Shown in pieces: positions 1 to 12,605 of a DNA stretch of 64,000 nucleotides. Within the stretch, counting starts at the first letter, position 1; every line of letters begins with the position of its first letter. Source of the stretch: Squalus acanthias (lineage: Eukaryota); assembly GCA_030390025.1 (NCBI GenBank), contig JASTWF010000033.1, forward strand, positions 5,830,001-5,894,000. Reading direction: 5' to 3'. A model generated the notes under the pieces. That model ran no database searches. It saw only the letters and a list, made by a program, of their open reading frames with translations, and had not been told where the DNA came from. A program made the translations under genes and the position numbers.

Positions 1-491
1 TGCTCCCATTCGCTTTAATTCTGTTGCTCAACGCTCTGACAGTCAGACACATTTTTGTGGCCAGTCGGGTCCGTAAGGGACTGAGGGGTGAGAGCAAGGG
101 AGAGAATGGCAGAGACCCAGAGATGGAGAGCAGAAGGAAGTCTGTGATTTTACTCTTCACCATATCCGGCAGCTTCATACTGCTGTGGCTGGTATCTGTT
201 TTAGTTTTCTTATATTCAACCATTACAGGAACCATTTATTACACTGATTCATTATTTAACTTTCAACGAGTCGGATTTATGCTGCGGAATTTAAGTTGCT
301 GCACAAACACATTTATTTATGGGGTGACCCAGTCCAAGTTCAGAGAGCAGGTGAAGAGGGCGGTGAAATATCCGCTTACCACAATTATTCAATTCATTAA
401 TAATCAGAAACAACTAAGTGCAGCCCAAAGGCGGATCCCAGTGCTTCCAGGCCAGGAATGTAAAATTCAGCCCCAGACTGCCATCCACTGA
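1..491 (+). CDS. 3' half (TM5-TM7 and C-tail) of a class A GPCR, GPR139/GPR142-like; 5' part lies outside the window
   Basis: Open frame PFALILLLNALTVRHI (TM5), basic ICL3 ending RRKS, TM6 VILLFTISGSFILLWL, TM7 SCCTNTFIYG (NPxxY variant), helix 8 KFREQV; stop TGA 489-491. Confidence 0.8.
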   Translation, partial: LPFALILLLNALTVRHIFVASRVRKGLRGESKGENGRDPEMESRRKSVILLFTISGSFILLWLVSVLVFLYSTITGTIYYTDSLFNFQRVGFMLRNLSCCTNTFIYGVTQSKFREQVKRAVKYPLTTIIQFINNQKQLSAAQRRIPVLPGQECKIQPQTAIH

Positions 492-764
492 ATTACACCA
501 GCAATCGCTGGAGATCTGAAGATACAGCCAGCGGCGGGGCGAGCACTGTGTTTAGGACTCGGCACTGTTTCTGACTGACATTTCCCACGTTGTCTTTCGG
601 GACAGGACCACTAGTTCACTGCTTTCACTCTGAGCTCTTCTGTAAAGAGTCCCTTCAGCGATTGAGGGCAGCAATTCATTCGCAGCTTCCACAGTAAGAG
701 CCTGGTCAATAGGTAGGCAGACAGAGCGGAGCTGAGCTGCAGTTCAGAGGATTATATTTCCTGG

Positions 765-1230
765 AATATACAGCACACAAACAGGCCATTCGGCCCAATC
801 AGTCTGTGCTGGTGTTTATGCTCCAGACCAGTCTCCTCTCATTGCATCTAACTCATCTCAGCCGCTCAGAATATCTTTCTATTCCTCTTTCTAGCATTTA
901 CTCATCATGTTTGATTCTGAAAGTATCTAAAGTATTTTGCTCAACCACTTCCTGTGCGAGTATGTTCCAAATTCTAACCACTCTCTGAGTAAAGAAATTC
1001 CTCCTTATTTCCCTATTGAATTTATTAGTAACTATCTTGTATTTATGACCCCAAGTGTTGCATTCTCCCACAAGTGGAAACATTCTCTCCACATCTACCC
1101 TGTCCAACCCATTCATAATTTAAAGATCTCTATCAGGCCTCATCAAACTCCTCTCTCTTCTATAGCAGAAAGGTCCAACCTGTTCAATCTTTACCAATAG
1201 CTGCAATCTTTCAGTTCTGGTGCCATCCAA
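765..1230 (-). mobile_element. Old CR1 LINE 3' fragment
   Basis: ORF 898-1116 (-) GLDRVDVERMFPLVGE..RNFFTQRVVRIWN matches the CR1 ORF2 C-terminus; tail-like ggccattcggccc near 785. Confidence 0.8.
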
Positions 1231-1279
1231 CTAAATATTTGTAAGACCGAAGCTATTGGCCCCCTTCACAAAGTCCGTT

Positions 1280-1745
1280 GCCTAGCCATCGACTCCATCC
1301 CTCTCCTTAGCACCAGTTTGCAGTTTGCAACCTTGGTGTAGTATTTGACCACGGGATGAACTTGCGGCCGGATATTCACTCCATCACCAGGACGGCTTAC
1401 TTCCACCTCCGTAACATCGCCAAACTTCGCCCCTGCCTCTGCTCATCTGCTGCTCAAACCATCATCCATGCCTTTGTTAGCTCTAGACTTGATAACACCA
1501 ACTCTCTCCTGGCCGGATTCCCATCTCCCACCCTGCATAACATTAGCTCATCCAAAGCTGTGCTGCCCGTCACCTAACCCACACCAAATCCCGGTAAACC
1601 ACCACCCCTGTGCTCGCTGACCGACAGTGACTCCCGATCCGGCAATGCCTCCATTTTAAAATTATCATCCTTGCTTTCAAATCCCTACATGGCCTCGCCC
1701 TCCCTACCTCTGCAAGCTCCACCAGCCCCTCAACACTCCCGAGAG
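1280..1745 (+). mobile_element. Degenerate L2-clade LINE fragment (ORF2 C-terminal region)
   Basis: AYFHLRNIAKLRPCL..IHAFVSSRLD..NSLLAG is a typical L2 ORF2 motif. Confidence 0.75.
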
Positions 1746-1789
1746 TACCTGTGCCGGCTGTTTGGTACAGCTGTCCAATTAATAACACT

Positions 1790-3250
1790 CCTCTGCTCTT
1801 TCCCCAGTTTTTTTCTTTATCTCAACTATTTTTCCAAATCCCCTTTGAAAGTTACTATTGAATCTGCTTCCACCACCCTTTCAGGCAGCACATTCCAGAT
1901 CACAACAACTCGCTGTGTAAAACAAAATCCTCCTCATGTTGTCTTGGGTTCTTTTGCCAATCACATTAAATCTGTGTCATCTGGTTACCGACCCCACTAC
2001 CACTGGAAACAGTTGCTCTTCAATTACTCTATTAAATCTATTTAGGCTTTTGAACACCTCTATCAAATCTCCTCTTAAACGTCTCTGCTCTAATCAGAAC
2101 AACCCCAGCTTCTCCAGTCTCTCCACATAACTGAAGTCCCTTGTCTCTGGTACCATTCTAGTAAATCTCTTCTGCACACGCTCCAAGGCCTTGACATTAT
2201 CCTAAAGTGTGGTGTCCAGAATTGGACACAATGCTCCTGCTGAAACCTAATCAGTGCTTTATAATGTTTTCGCATAACTTCCTTGCTTTTGTACTCTACT
2301 GCTTATTAATTAAGCGAAGGATCCCTTATGCTTTATTAACATACTTCTCAAATTGTCCGGCCGCATTCAAAGATTAGTGTACATACATTCCTAGGTCCCT
2401 CTGTTCCTGCACTCCCCTTATAGTTACACCATTGAGATCAGATTGCCTCTTCTCATTTTTCACTTCACAATTCTCTGTGATCAATAGAATCTGACAAGTG
2501 TCTGCCTAATTGAATCAGAGTTCGGGCTATGCTGTAAGCAAAGGGATTGGATTCGGAAAGAAACGCCATCAGAGAAGTGTAGGATCATGCCAGGGCCTAA
2601 TCTGAAGCTCTCAGACCCTCCAGCCTGAGGAACAGTTTATAAGGGTAAACACCCAGCCAAATTTTCTTGGCATTTAGTGTCTTGCTTTCGGTTCCAATTA
2701 TATTTTATTCTGCTAATGCAAAATATGCCAGTAAACTGAGTAAGGAGATAACTTTATATGCAGGAATGAGGGTCAGTTAGAAGGTGTTGCATGAATGACT
2801 TTTTAACCGAAGGTCAGCCATGATCGTATTGAATGGTGGAGCAGGATCGAAGGGCCGAATGGCCTACTCCTGCTCCTATTTCTTATGTTCTCTTGTTGAC
2901 CAGTCAGTCTACGTCCTGCTGAAGTCTGTGACTATCCTCCTCATTGTGTGCTACATTTCCGAGTTTCGATGCCCTGTATACCCAACTCTAGGTCATTAAA
3001 ATATATCAAAGAGAGCACTGGTCCTAACAGCGACCCCTGGGGAACACCACTGTGTACTTCCCTCCAGTCTGAAAAACAACCCGTCACCACTACTCTCTGC
3101 TTTCTGACACTTGGCCAATTTGGTATCCATGATGCCCTGTCCCATTAATCACATGGACTACAATTTTATGACCAGGTATGTCATGTGGTACTTTGTCAAA
3201 CGCCTTTTGAAAGCCCATATACACAGCATCAACCGCACTACCCTCATGAT
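1790..3250 (-). mobile_element. Degenerate CR1 fragments, interrupted at about 2513-2893 by a plus-strand insert that ends in a CR1-type tail
   Basis: HCVQFWTPHFR (2090-2275 -); antisense of GVPQGS near 3030-3050; tail tcagccatgatcgtattgaatgg..ggccgaatggcctactcctgctcct at about 2814-2890. Confidence 0.65.
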
Positions 3251-3711
3251 GTTTCTAGTGTCCTACCAAAGTGCATCGCCTCGCATTCATCGATGTTAAA
3301 GTTCACTTGTCACTTAACTGCGCAGTCTGTGTGTTTTCCAATGTCTATTCTGAGATGTCATGTAGAGAAATGTCTTTTCAATATTTGAAGCAAAGCATCA
3401 GTGAATTGAATAAAAAACAATAATAATTAATAAAGGCAGCCATCTAAAACTGTGTGTGGTTTTGGAATTTTATCAGAAAATCTGAGGATTTATTGCAGAG
3501 TAAACTCCTGGCTTGTCACTTTGTACCACTGCTTTTCGAAGAAGTTGGTGAAGATATTATTTATTTCAAATAACAGAACTGCTCTCCACTTTCCTTCAGC
3601 CTCACTTTGTGACTTTCGATATATGCATCGAACATCGTAAACTCCTCCTCACCCCACCTAATATCCTCAGCTCCTCCCCACCCCATCTAATATCCTCAGC
3701 TCCTCCCCACC

Positions 3712-6700
3712 CATAGATACACAGATACATAGAAGATAGGAGCAGGAGTAGGCCATTCGGCCCCTCGAGCCTGCTCCGCCATTCGATGAGATCATGGCTG
3801 ATCATCTAAACTCAGTACCCTGTACCTGCCTTCTCCCCATATCCCTTGATACCTTTAGCTTTAAGAAATATATCTAACTCATCCTTGAATATATTTAATG
3901 ACTTCGCCTCAACTACCTTCTGTGGTAGAGAATTCCACAGGTTCACCACTCTCTGGGTGAAGAAATTCTTCCTAATTTCTGTCCTAAATGGTTTACCCGT
4001 TATCCGTAGATTATGACCCCTGGTTCTGGACTCTCCGACCATCGGGAACATTCTTCCTGCATCTAGTTTGTCCAGACCTGTCAGAATTTTATATGTTTCG
4101 ATGAGATCCCCTCTCATTCTTCTATACTCCAGTGAGTATAAGCCCAATCGACCCAATCTCTCCTCATATGTCATTCCTGCCATCCCAGGTATCAGCCTTG
4201 TGAATCTTCGCTGGACTCCTTCCATGGCAAGAACATCCTTCCTCAGATAAGGCGACCAAAACTGCACACAGTAGTCAAGGTGTGGTCTCACCAAGGCCCT
4301 GTACAACTGCAGCAGGACATCCCTGTTCCTATACTCAAACCCTTTCGCTATGAAGGCCAACATACCATTTGCCTTCTTCACCGCCTGCTGCACCTGCATG
4401 CTTACTTTCAGCGACTGGTGCACAAGGACACCCAGGTCTCGTTGCACTTCCCCTTCTCCCAATCTATTGCCATTCAGATAATAATCTGCCTTTCTGTTTT
4501 TGACACCAAAGTGGATAACCTCGCACTTATCCACGTTATATTGCATCTGCCACGCTTCTGCCCACTCACCCAACCTGTCCAGATCATCCTGGAGTTTCTC
4601 GCTATCCTCCTCGCTGCACACACTCCCACCCAGCTTTGTGTCATCTGCAAACTTGGAGATATTACATTTAATTCCCTTATCTAGATCATTAATGTATATT
4701 GTGAATAGCTGGGGTCCAAGGACCGATCCCTGCGGTACCCCACTAGTCACTGCTTGCCACTCAGAAAAAGACCCATTAATTCCTACTCTCTGCTTTCTGT
4801 CCGCCAACCAGTTCTCTATCCAAGTCAATACCTTGCCCCCAATCCCATGTGCCTTAACTTTACCCGCTAATCTCTTATGCGGGACCTTATCGAAAGCCTT
4901 TTGAAAGTCCAAATACACCACATCTACTTGTTCTCCCTTATCTATTTTCCCAGTTACATCCTCAAAAAATTCCAGTAGATTAGTCAAGCACGATTTACCT
5001 TTTGTAAATCCATGTTGACTTTGTCCGATCCTGTCACTGTTTTTCAAATGCTCAGCTATTACATCCTTTATAATGGACTCTAGCATTTTCCCCACTACCG
5101 ATGTCAGGTCTGTAATTCCCCGCTTTCTCTCTACCACCCTTTTTGAATAGTGGGGTAACATTAGCTACCCTCCAATCCATGGGTACAGTTCCAGATTCCA
5201 TCGAATGTTGGAAGATGATCAGCAATGCATCTACTATTTCTAGGGCCACTTCCTTAAGTACCCTAGGATGTAGATTATCAGGCCCTGGGGATTTATCGGC
5301 CTTCAATACCGTCAATTTCCCTAACACCATTTCCCTGCAAATACTGATTTCTTTCAGTTCCTCCCTTTCATCAGACCGTATGTTCTCCAACATCTCTGGG
5401 AGGTTATTTGTGTCCTCCTTTGTGAAGACAGAACCAAAATATGCATTTAATTGGGCTGCCATTTCTTTGTTCCCCATTATAACTTCCCCCGCTTCTGACT
5501 GCAAGAGACCTACACTTGATTTCACTAATCTTTTTCTCTTCACATATCTATAAAAGCTCTTACAGTCAGTTTTTATGTTCCCAGCAAGCTTACTTTCATA
5601 TTCTATTTTCCCCTTCTTAATTAATCCCTTTGTCCTCCTTTGTTGAATCCTAAACTGCTCCCAATCCTCAGGGCTACCGCTTTTTCTGACCAATTTATAT
5701 GCCGTCTCCTTGGATCTTATGCTATCCCTAATTTCCCTTGTTAGCCACGGTTGAGTCACCCTTTTTGTTTTATTATTATGCCACACTGGGATGTACAAAT
5801 TCTGTAGTTAATCCATGCAGTCTTTGAATGTTTGCCATTGCCTATCCACCGTCAACCCCTTGAGTGACATTCCCCAATCAATCCTACCCAATTCGCGCCT
5901 CATATCATCGTATTTTCCTTTATTTAAATTCAGGACCCTAGTCTCTGATTGAACTACTTCACTCTCCATCCTAATGAAGAATTCTATCATATTATGATCA
6001 CTCTGACCCAAGGGGCCTCGTACAACAAGATTGCTAATTAATCCTTTCTCGTTGCATAATACCCAGTCTAAGATGGCCTGATCTCTGGTTGGTTCCTTGA
6101 CATATTGTTCCAGAAAACCATCCCGCAAACATTCTAGGAATTCCTCCTCCACAGTATTTTTACTAATTTGGTTAGCCCAATCTATATGTAAATTAAAGTC
6201 ACCCATGATGACTGCTGTGCCCTTACTGCATGCTTCTCTAATTTCCCTTTTAATGCCGTCCCCAACCTCCGTATTACTGTTTGGAGGTCTATATACCACT
6301 CCCACTAACGTTTTCTGCCCCTTGTTATTTCTCAGTTCTACCCATACAGATTCCGCATCATCAGAGCTAATATCCTTCCTTTCAATTGTGTTAATCCCCT
6401 CTTTAACCAGCAATGCTACCCCACCTCCCTTTCTTTTTTGCCTATCTTTCCTAAATATTGAATAACCCTGGATGTTGAGTTCCCAGCCTTGGCCGCCCTG
6501 GAGCCATGTTTCTGTAATCCCAATCAAATCGTATTCATTTATCTCTATTTGCGCCGCTAATTCATCCACCTTGTTCCGAATGCTCCTTGCATTAAGACAC
6601 AAAGCCTTCAGGCTTGTTTTTTTAACGCTCTCAGACCTATATGAATTATTATTTACTGTGACCATGTTTGATTTAAACCGTTGAGTACTTTGCCTTCTAC

Positions 6701-7056
6701 TTTTGTTTTTCTCCTTCCTGTCTTTAGCTTTTATCCTTATTACCCTTTCCTCTGTCTCCCTGCTGAGGTTCCCAACCCCCTGCCACTTTAGTTTAAACCC
6801 TCCCCAACAGCACTAGCAAACAATCCCCCAAGGACATCGGTCCCGGCCCTGCCAGGTGCAGACCGTCCCGTTTGTACTGGTCCCACCTCCCCCAGAACCG
6901 GTTCCAATGTCCAAGGAATTTGAATCCCTCCCCCTTGCACCATTCCTCTAGCCACGTATTCATTTGAAATATCATCCTATTTCTACTCTGACGAGCACGT
7001 GGCACTGGTAGCAATCCTGAGATTACTACCTTTGAGGTCCTCTTTTTTAATTTACC
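3712..7056 (-). mobile_element. Young CR1 LINE, 5'-truncated within ORF1, inserted near the edge of the 29-bp satellite
   Basis: APE endonuclease (GITETW, GDFN, SDHN) and RT (GVPQGS, FADD); short tandem tail at 3712; satellite units on both sides. Confidence 0.95.
3812..6797 (-). pseudogene. CR1 ORF2 (APE endonuclease + reverse transcriptase), disrupted
   Basis: ORFs 5808-6665, 5052-5798 and 3812-5161; premature stop at 5808 and an 8-bp deletion near 5109 relative to the sister copy at 34213-38537. Confidence 0.9.
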
Positions 7057-10000
7057 CCACCTATAATCCTCAGAACCTCCTCACCCCATCTAATATCCTC
7101 AGCTCCTCCCCACCCCACCTAATAACCTCAGCTCCTCCCCACCCCACCTGATATCATCAGCTCCTCCACACCCCATCGAATATCCTCAGCTCCTTCCCAC
7201 CCCACCTAATATCCACAGCTCCCCCCCACACCACCTAATATCCTCTGCTCCTCCCCACCCCACCTAATATCCTCAGGTCATTCCCAACCCACCTAATATC
7301 CTCAGCTCCTCCGCACCCAACCTAATATCCTCAGCTCCTCCACACCCCATCTAATATCCTCAGCTTCTCCCCACCCCACCTAATATCCTCAGCTCCTCCC
7401 CACCCCACCGAATAACCTCAGCTCCGCCCCACCCCACCTAATGTCCTCAACTCCTCCCCACCCAACATAATTTCCTCAGCTCCTCCCCACCTCACCAAAT
7501 ATCCTCAGCTCCTCCCCACCCCAGCTAATATCCTCAGCTCCTCCCCACCACAGCTAATATCCTCAGCCCCTCCCCACCCCACCTAATATCCTCAGCTCCA
7601 CCCCACCACACCTAATATCCTCAGCTCCTCCACAACACACCTAATATCCTCAGCTCCTCCCCACCCAAACTAAAATCTCAGCTCCTCCCCACGCCACCTA
7701 ATATCGTCAGCTCCTCCCCACCCCATCTAATATCCTCAGCTCCTCCCCACCCGATCTAAAACCCTCAGCTCCTCCCCACCCACCTAATATCCTCAGCTCC
7801 TCCCCACCCCACCTAATATCCTCAGCTCCTCCCCACCCTACCTAATATCCTCAGCCCCTCCCCACTCCACAAAATATCCTCAGCTCCTCCCCACCCCACC
7901 AAATATCCTCAGCTCCTCCCCACCTCACCTAATATCCTCAGCTCCTGCCCACCCCACCTAATATTCTCAGCTCCTCCACACCCCACCTAATATCCTCAGC
8001 TCCTCCCCACCCCACCTAATATCCTCAGCTCCTCCACACCCCACCTAATATCCTCAGCTCCTTCCCACCTGACCTAATATCCTCAGCTCATCCCCACCTG
8101 AACTAATATACTCTGCACCACCCCACCCCACCTAATATCCTCAGCTCCTCCCCACCCCACCTAATATCCACAGCTCCTCCCCACCCCACCTAAAATCCTC
8201 AGTTCCTCGCCTCCCCACCTAATATCCTCAGCTCCTCCCCACCCCAACTAATATCCTCAGCTCCTCCCTACACCACCTGGTATCCTCAACTCCTCCACAA
8301 CCCACCTAATATCCTCAACTCTTCCCCACCCCTACTAATATCCTCAGCTCCTCCCCACCCCACCTAATATCCTCAGCTCCTCCCCACCCCTATTAATATC
8401 ATCAGCTCCTCCCCACCCCACCTAATATCATCAGCTCCTCCCCACCCCACCTAATATCGTCAGCTCCCCCGCAGCCCACCTAATATCCCCAGCTCATCCC
8501 CACCTCACCTAATATCCTCAGCTCCTCCCCAGCCCACCTAATATCCTCAGCTCCACCAAACCCACCTAATATACTCAGCTCCTACCCACCCCACCTAAAA
8601 TCCTCAGTTCCTCGCCACCCCAACTAATATCCTCAGCACCTCCCCACCCCACCTGGTATCCTCATCTCCTCCCCAACCCACCTAATAATCCTCAGCTCCT
8701 CCCCACCTCACCTAATATCCTCAGCTCCTCCCCACCTCACCTAATATCCTCAGCTCCTCCCCACCCCTATTAATATCCTCAGCTCCTCCCCAACCCACCT
8801 AATATCCTCAGCTCCACTAAACGCACCTAAAATCCTCAGCTCCACCCAACCCAGCTAATATCCTCAGCTCCTCCCCACCCCACCTAATATCCTCAGCTCC
8901 TCCGCACCTCACCTAATATCCTCAGCTCCTCCCCACCTCACCTAATATCCTCAGCTCCTCCCCACCTCCCCTAATATCCTCAGCTCCTCCCCACCTCACC
9001 TAATATCCTCAGCTCCTCCCCACCCCTATTAATATCCTCAGCTCCTCCCCAACCCACCTAATATCCTCAGCTTCACTAAACGCACCTAAAATCCTCAGTT
9101 CCTCCCCACCCCACCTAATATCCTCAGCTCCTCCCCACCTCACCTAATATCCTCAGCTCCTCCCCACCTCACCTAATATCCTCAGCTCCTCCCCACCCCA
9201 CCTAATATCCTCAGCTCCTCCCCACCCCACCTAATATCCTCAGCTCCACCAAACCCACCTAATATACTAAGCTCCTCCCCACCCAACCTAAAATCCTCAG
9301 TTCCTCGCCACCCCAACTAATATCCTCAGCTCCTCCCCACCCCACCTGGTATCCTCATCTCCTCCCCAACCCACCTAATATGTTTAGCTCCTCTCCAACC
9401 CATCTAAAATCCTCAGCTCCTCCCCACCCCTATTAATATCCTCAGCTCCTCCCCACCCATCCTAATATCCTCAGCTCCACCCGAACCCAGCTAATATCCT
9501 TAGCTCCTCCCCACCCCACTAATATCCTCAGCTCCACTAAACGCACCTAATATCCTCAGCGACTCTCCACCACACCTAATATCCTCAGCTCCTCCGCACC
9601 CCATCTAATATCCTCAGGTCCCATCCACCCCACCTAATATCCTCAGCTCCCCCCCACCCCACCTAATATCCTCAGCTCCTCCCCACCCCACATAATATCC
9701 TCAGCTCCTCCCAACCCCACCTAATATCCTCTGCACCTCCCCACCCCACCTAATATCCTCAGCTCCTCCCCACCCCACCTGTCATAAATCGCAAGTAACA
9801 ACTCAGGAAGTACTACTGGGTGGCCAGCTGGGGCGCCGTCCAGGGAGTATAAATACTCAGGCATGGGCCCACCTTGGGTAGAGACAATCTGGAAACAGGA
9901 AGCTCATGACTGCTAACTAGACCTCCATGTTTTGTTACAAGTTGATTAAAGCCTTGCTTTATGTTCAAGTGCGTAGTGAGTCTTTATTACGTCACCACCT

Positions 10001-12605
10001 AATATCCTCAGCTCCTCCCCACCCCACCTAATATCCTCAGCTCCCTCCCCACCCCCCCTAATATCCTCAGCTCCCCCGCAGCCCACCTAATATCCCCAGC
10101 TCATCCCCACCTCACCTAATATCCTCAGCTCCTCACCATCCCACCTAATATCCTCAGCTCCACCCCACCCCACCTAAAATCCTCAGTTCCTCGCCTCCCC
10201 ACCTAATATCCTCAGCTCCTCCCCACCCCACCTGGTATCCTCAGCTCCTCCCCAACTCACCTAATATCCTCAGCTCCTCCCCACCCCACCTAATAAACCT
10301 CAGCTCCTCCCCACCTCACCTAATATCCTCAGCTCCTCCCCACCTCACCTAATCTCCTCAGCTCCTCCCCACCCCACCTAATATCCTCAGCACCACCAAA
10401 CCCACCTAATATACTCAGCCCCTCCCCACCCCACCTAAAATCCTCAGTTCCTCGCCACCCCAACTAATATCCTCAGCTCCTCCCCAACCCATCTAATATA
10501 TTCAGCTCCTCCCCACCCCTATTAATATCCTCAGCTCCTCCCCAACCCACCTAATATCCTCAACTCCTCCCCAGCCACCCTAATATCCTCAGCTCCACCC
10601 AACCCAGCTAATATCCTCAGCTCCTCCCCACCCCACTAATATCCTCAGCTCCACTAAACGCACCTAAAATCCTCAGTTCCTCCCCAGCCCACCTAATATC
10701 CGCAGCTCCTCCCCACCCCACCTAATATTCTCAGCTTAACCAACCCCTACTAATATCCTCAGTTCCTCCCCACCCCACTAATATCCTCAGCTCCTCCCCA
10801 CCTCACCTAATATCCTCAGCTCCTCCCCAACTCACCTAATATCCTCAGCTCCACCCCACCAAACCTAATATCCTCAGCTCGTCCCCACGCCACCTACTAT
10901 CCTCAGCGACTCTCCACCACACCTAATATCCTCAGGTCCCATCCACCCCACCTAATATCCTCAGCTCCCCCCCACCCACCTAATATCCTCAGCTCCTCTC
11001 CACCCCACTTAATATCCTCAGCACCTCTCCACCCCACCTAATATCCTCAGCTCCTCCCAACCCCACCTAATATCCTCTGCACCTCCCAACCCCACCTAAT
11101 ATGCTCAGCTCCTCCCCACCCCACCTAATATCCTCAGCTCCCTCCCCTCACCCCTAATATCCTCCGCTCCCCCGCAGCCCACCTAATATCCCCAGCCCAT
11201 CCCCACCTCACCTAATATCCTCAGCTCCTCACCATCCCACCTAATATCCTCAGCTCCACCCCACCCCACCTAAAATCCTCAGTTCCTCGCCTCCCCACCT
11301 AATATCCTCAGCTCCTCCCCATCCCAACTAATATCCTCAGCTCCTCACCACCACACCTAATATCCTCAGCTGCTCCCCACCCCACCTAATATCCTCAGCT
11401 CCTCCCCACCCCACTAATATCCTCAGCTCCACTAAACCCACCTAAAATCCTCAGTTCCTCCCCACCCCACCTAATATCCTCAGCTCCTCCCCACCCCACC
11501 TAATATTCTCAGCTTAACCAACCCCTACTAATATCCTCAGCTCCTCCCCACCCCACCTAATATTCTCAGCTTAACCAACCCCTACTAATATCCTCAGCTC
11601 CTCCCCACCTCACCTAATATCCTCAGCTCCTCCCCCCCCAACTACTATCCTCAGCTCCTCCCCACCCCACCTAATATCCTCAGCTCCTCCCCACCTCACC
11701 TAATATCCTCAGCTCCTCACCATCCCACCTAATATCCTCAGCTCCTCCCCACCCCACCTAATATCCTCAGCTCCTCCCCACCTCACCTAATATCCTCAGC
11801 TCCTCCCCACCCCACCTGGCATCCTCAGCTCCTCCCCAACCCACCTAATATCCTTAGCTCCTCCCCACCCCTACTAATATCCTCAGCTCCTCCCCACCCC
11901 ACTAATATCCTCAGCTCCTCCCCACCCCTACTAATATCCTCAGCTCCTCCCCAACCCACCTAATATCCTTAGCTCCTCCCCACCCCTACTAATATCCTCA
12001 GTTCCTCCCCAACCCAACTAATATCCTCAGCTCCTCCCCACCCCACCTAAAATCCTCAGCTCTTCCCCACCCCACCTAAAATCCTCAGCTCTTCCCCACC
12101 CCACCTAATATCCTCAGCTCCTCCCCACCTCACCTAATATCCTCAGCTCCTCCCCACCTCACCTAATATCCTAAGCTCCTCCCCACCCCACCTAATATCC
12201 TCAGTTCCTCCCCAACCCACCTAATATCCTCAGCTCCTCCCCACCCCACCTAAAATCCTCAGCTCTTCCCCACCCCACCTAATATCCTCAGCTCCTCCCC
12301 ACCTCACCTAATATCCTCAGCTCCTCCCCACCTCACCTAATATCCTAAGCTCCTCCCCACAACACCTAATATCCTCAGCTCCTCCCCACCCCACCTACTA
12401 TCCTCAGCTCCTCTCCTCCCCACCTAATATCCTCAGCTCCTCCCCACACCACCTAATATCCTCAGCTCCTCCCCACCCCGCCTAATATCCTCAGCTCCTC
12501 CCCACTCCACCTAATATCCTCAGCTCCTCCACACGACACCTAATATCCTCAGCTCCTCCCCACCCCAACTAATATCGCCAGCTGCTCCCAATTCCACCTA
12601 ATATC
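7055..12605. repeat. 29-bp tandem satellite, consensus CCTAATATCCTCAGCTCCTCCCCACCCCA (2-3 further units at 3642-3711)
   Basis: 29-bp period read directly (e.g. 7981 and 8010); extreme C/G strand skew; variant blocks recur near 8461, 10071 and 11168. Confidence 0.97.
9780..9994 (+). mobile_element. Solo LTR (215 bp) inside the satellite
   Basis: TG...CA termini, 5-bp TSD CCACC (9775-9779 and 9995-9999), internal TATAAATA and ATTAAA. Confidence 0.85.

Noticed and set aside
4068..6684. Recurrent antisense ORFs over CR1 copies (e.g. MTPKWITSHL...)
   Set aside because: Shadow frames of ORF2 that recur only because the element is repeated
7055..12605. Telomeric repeat or coding repeat
   Set aside because: Only one TTAGG per 29-bp unit and no (TTAGGG)n; the track shows no ORF across the array
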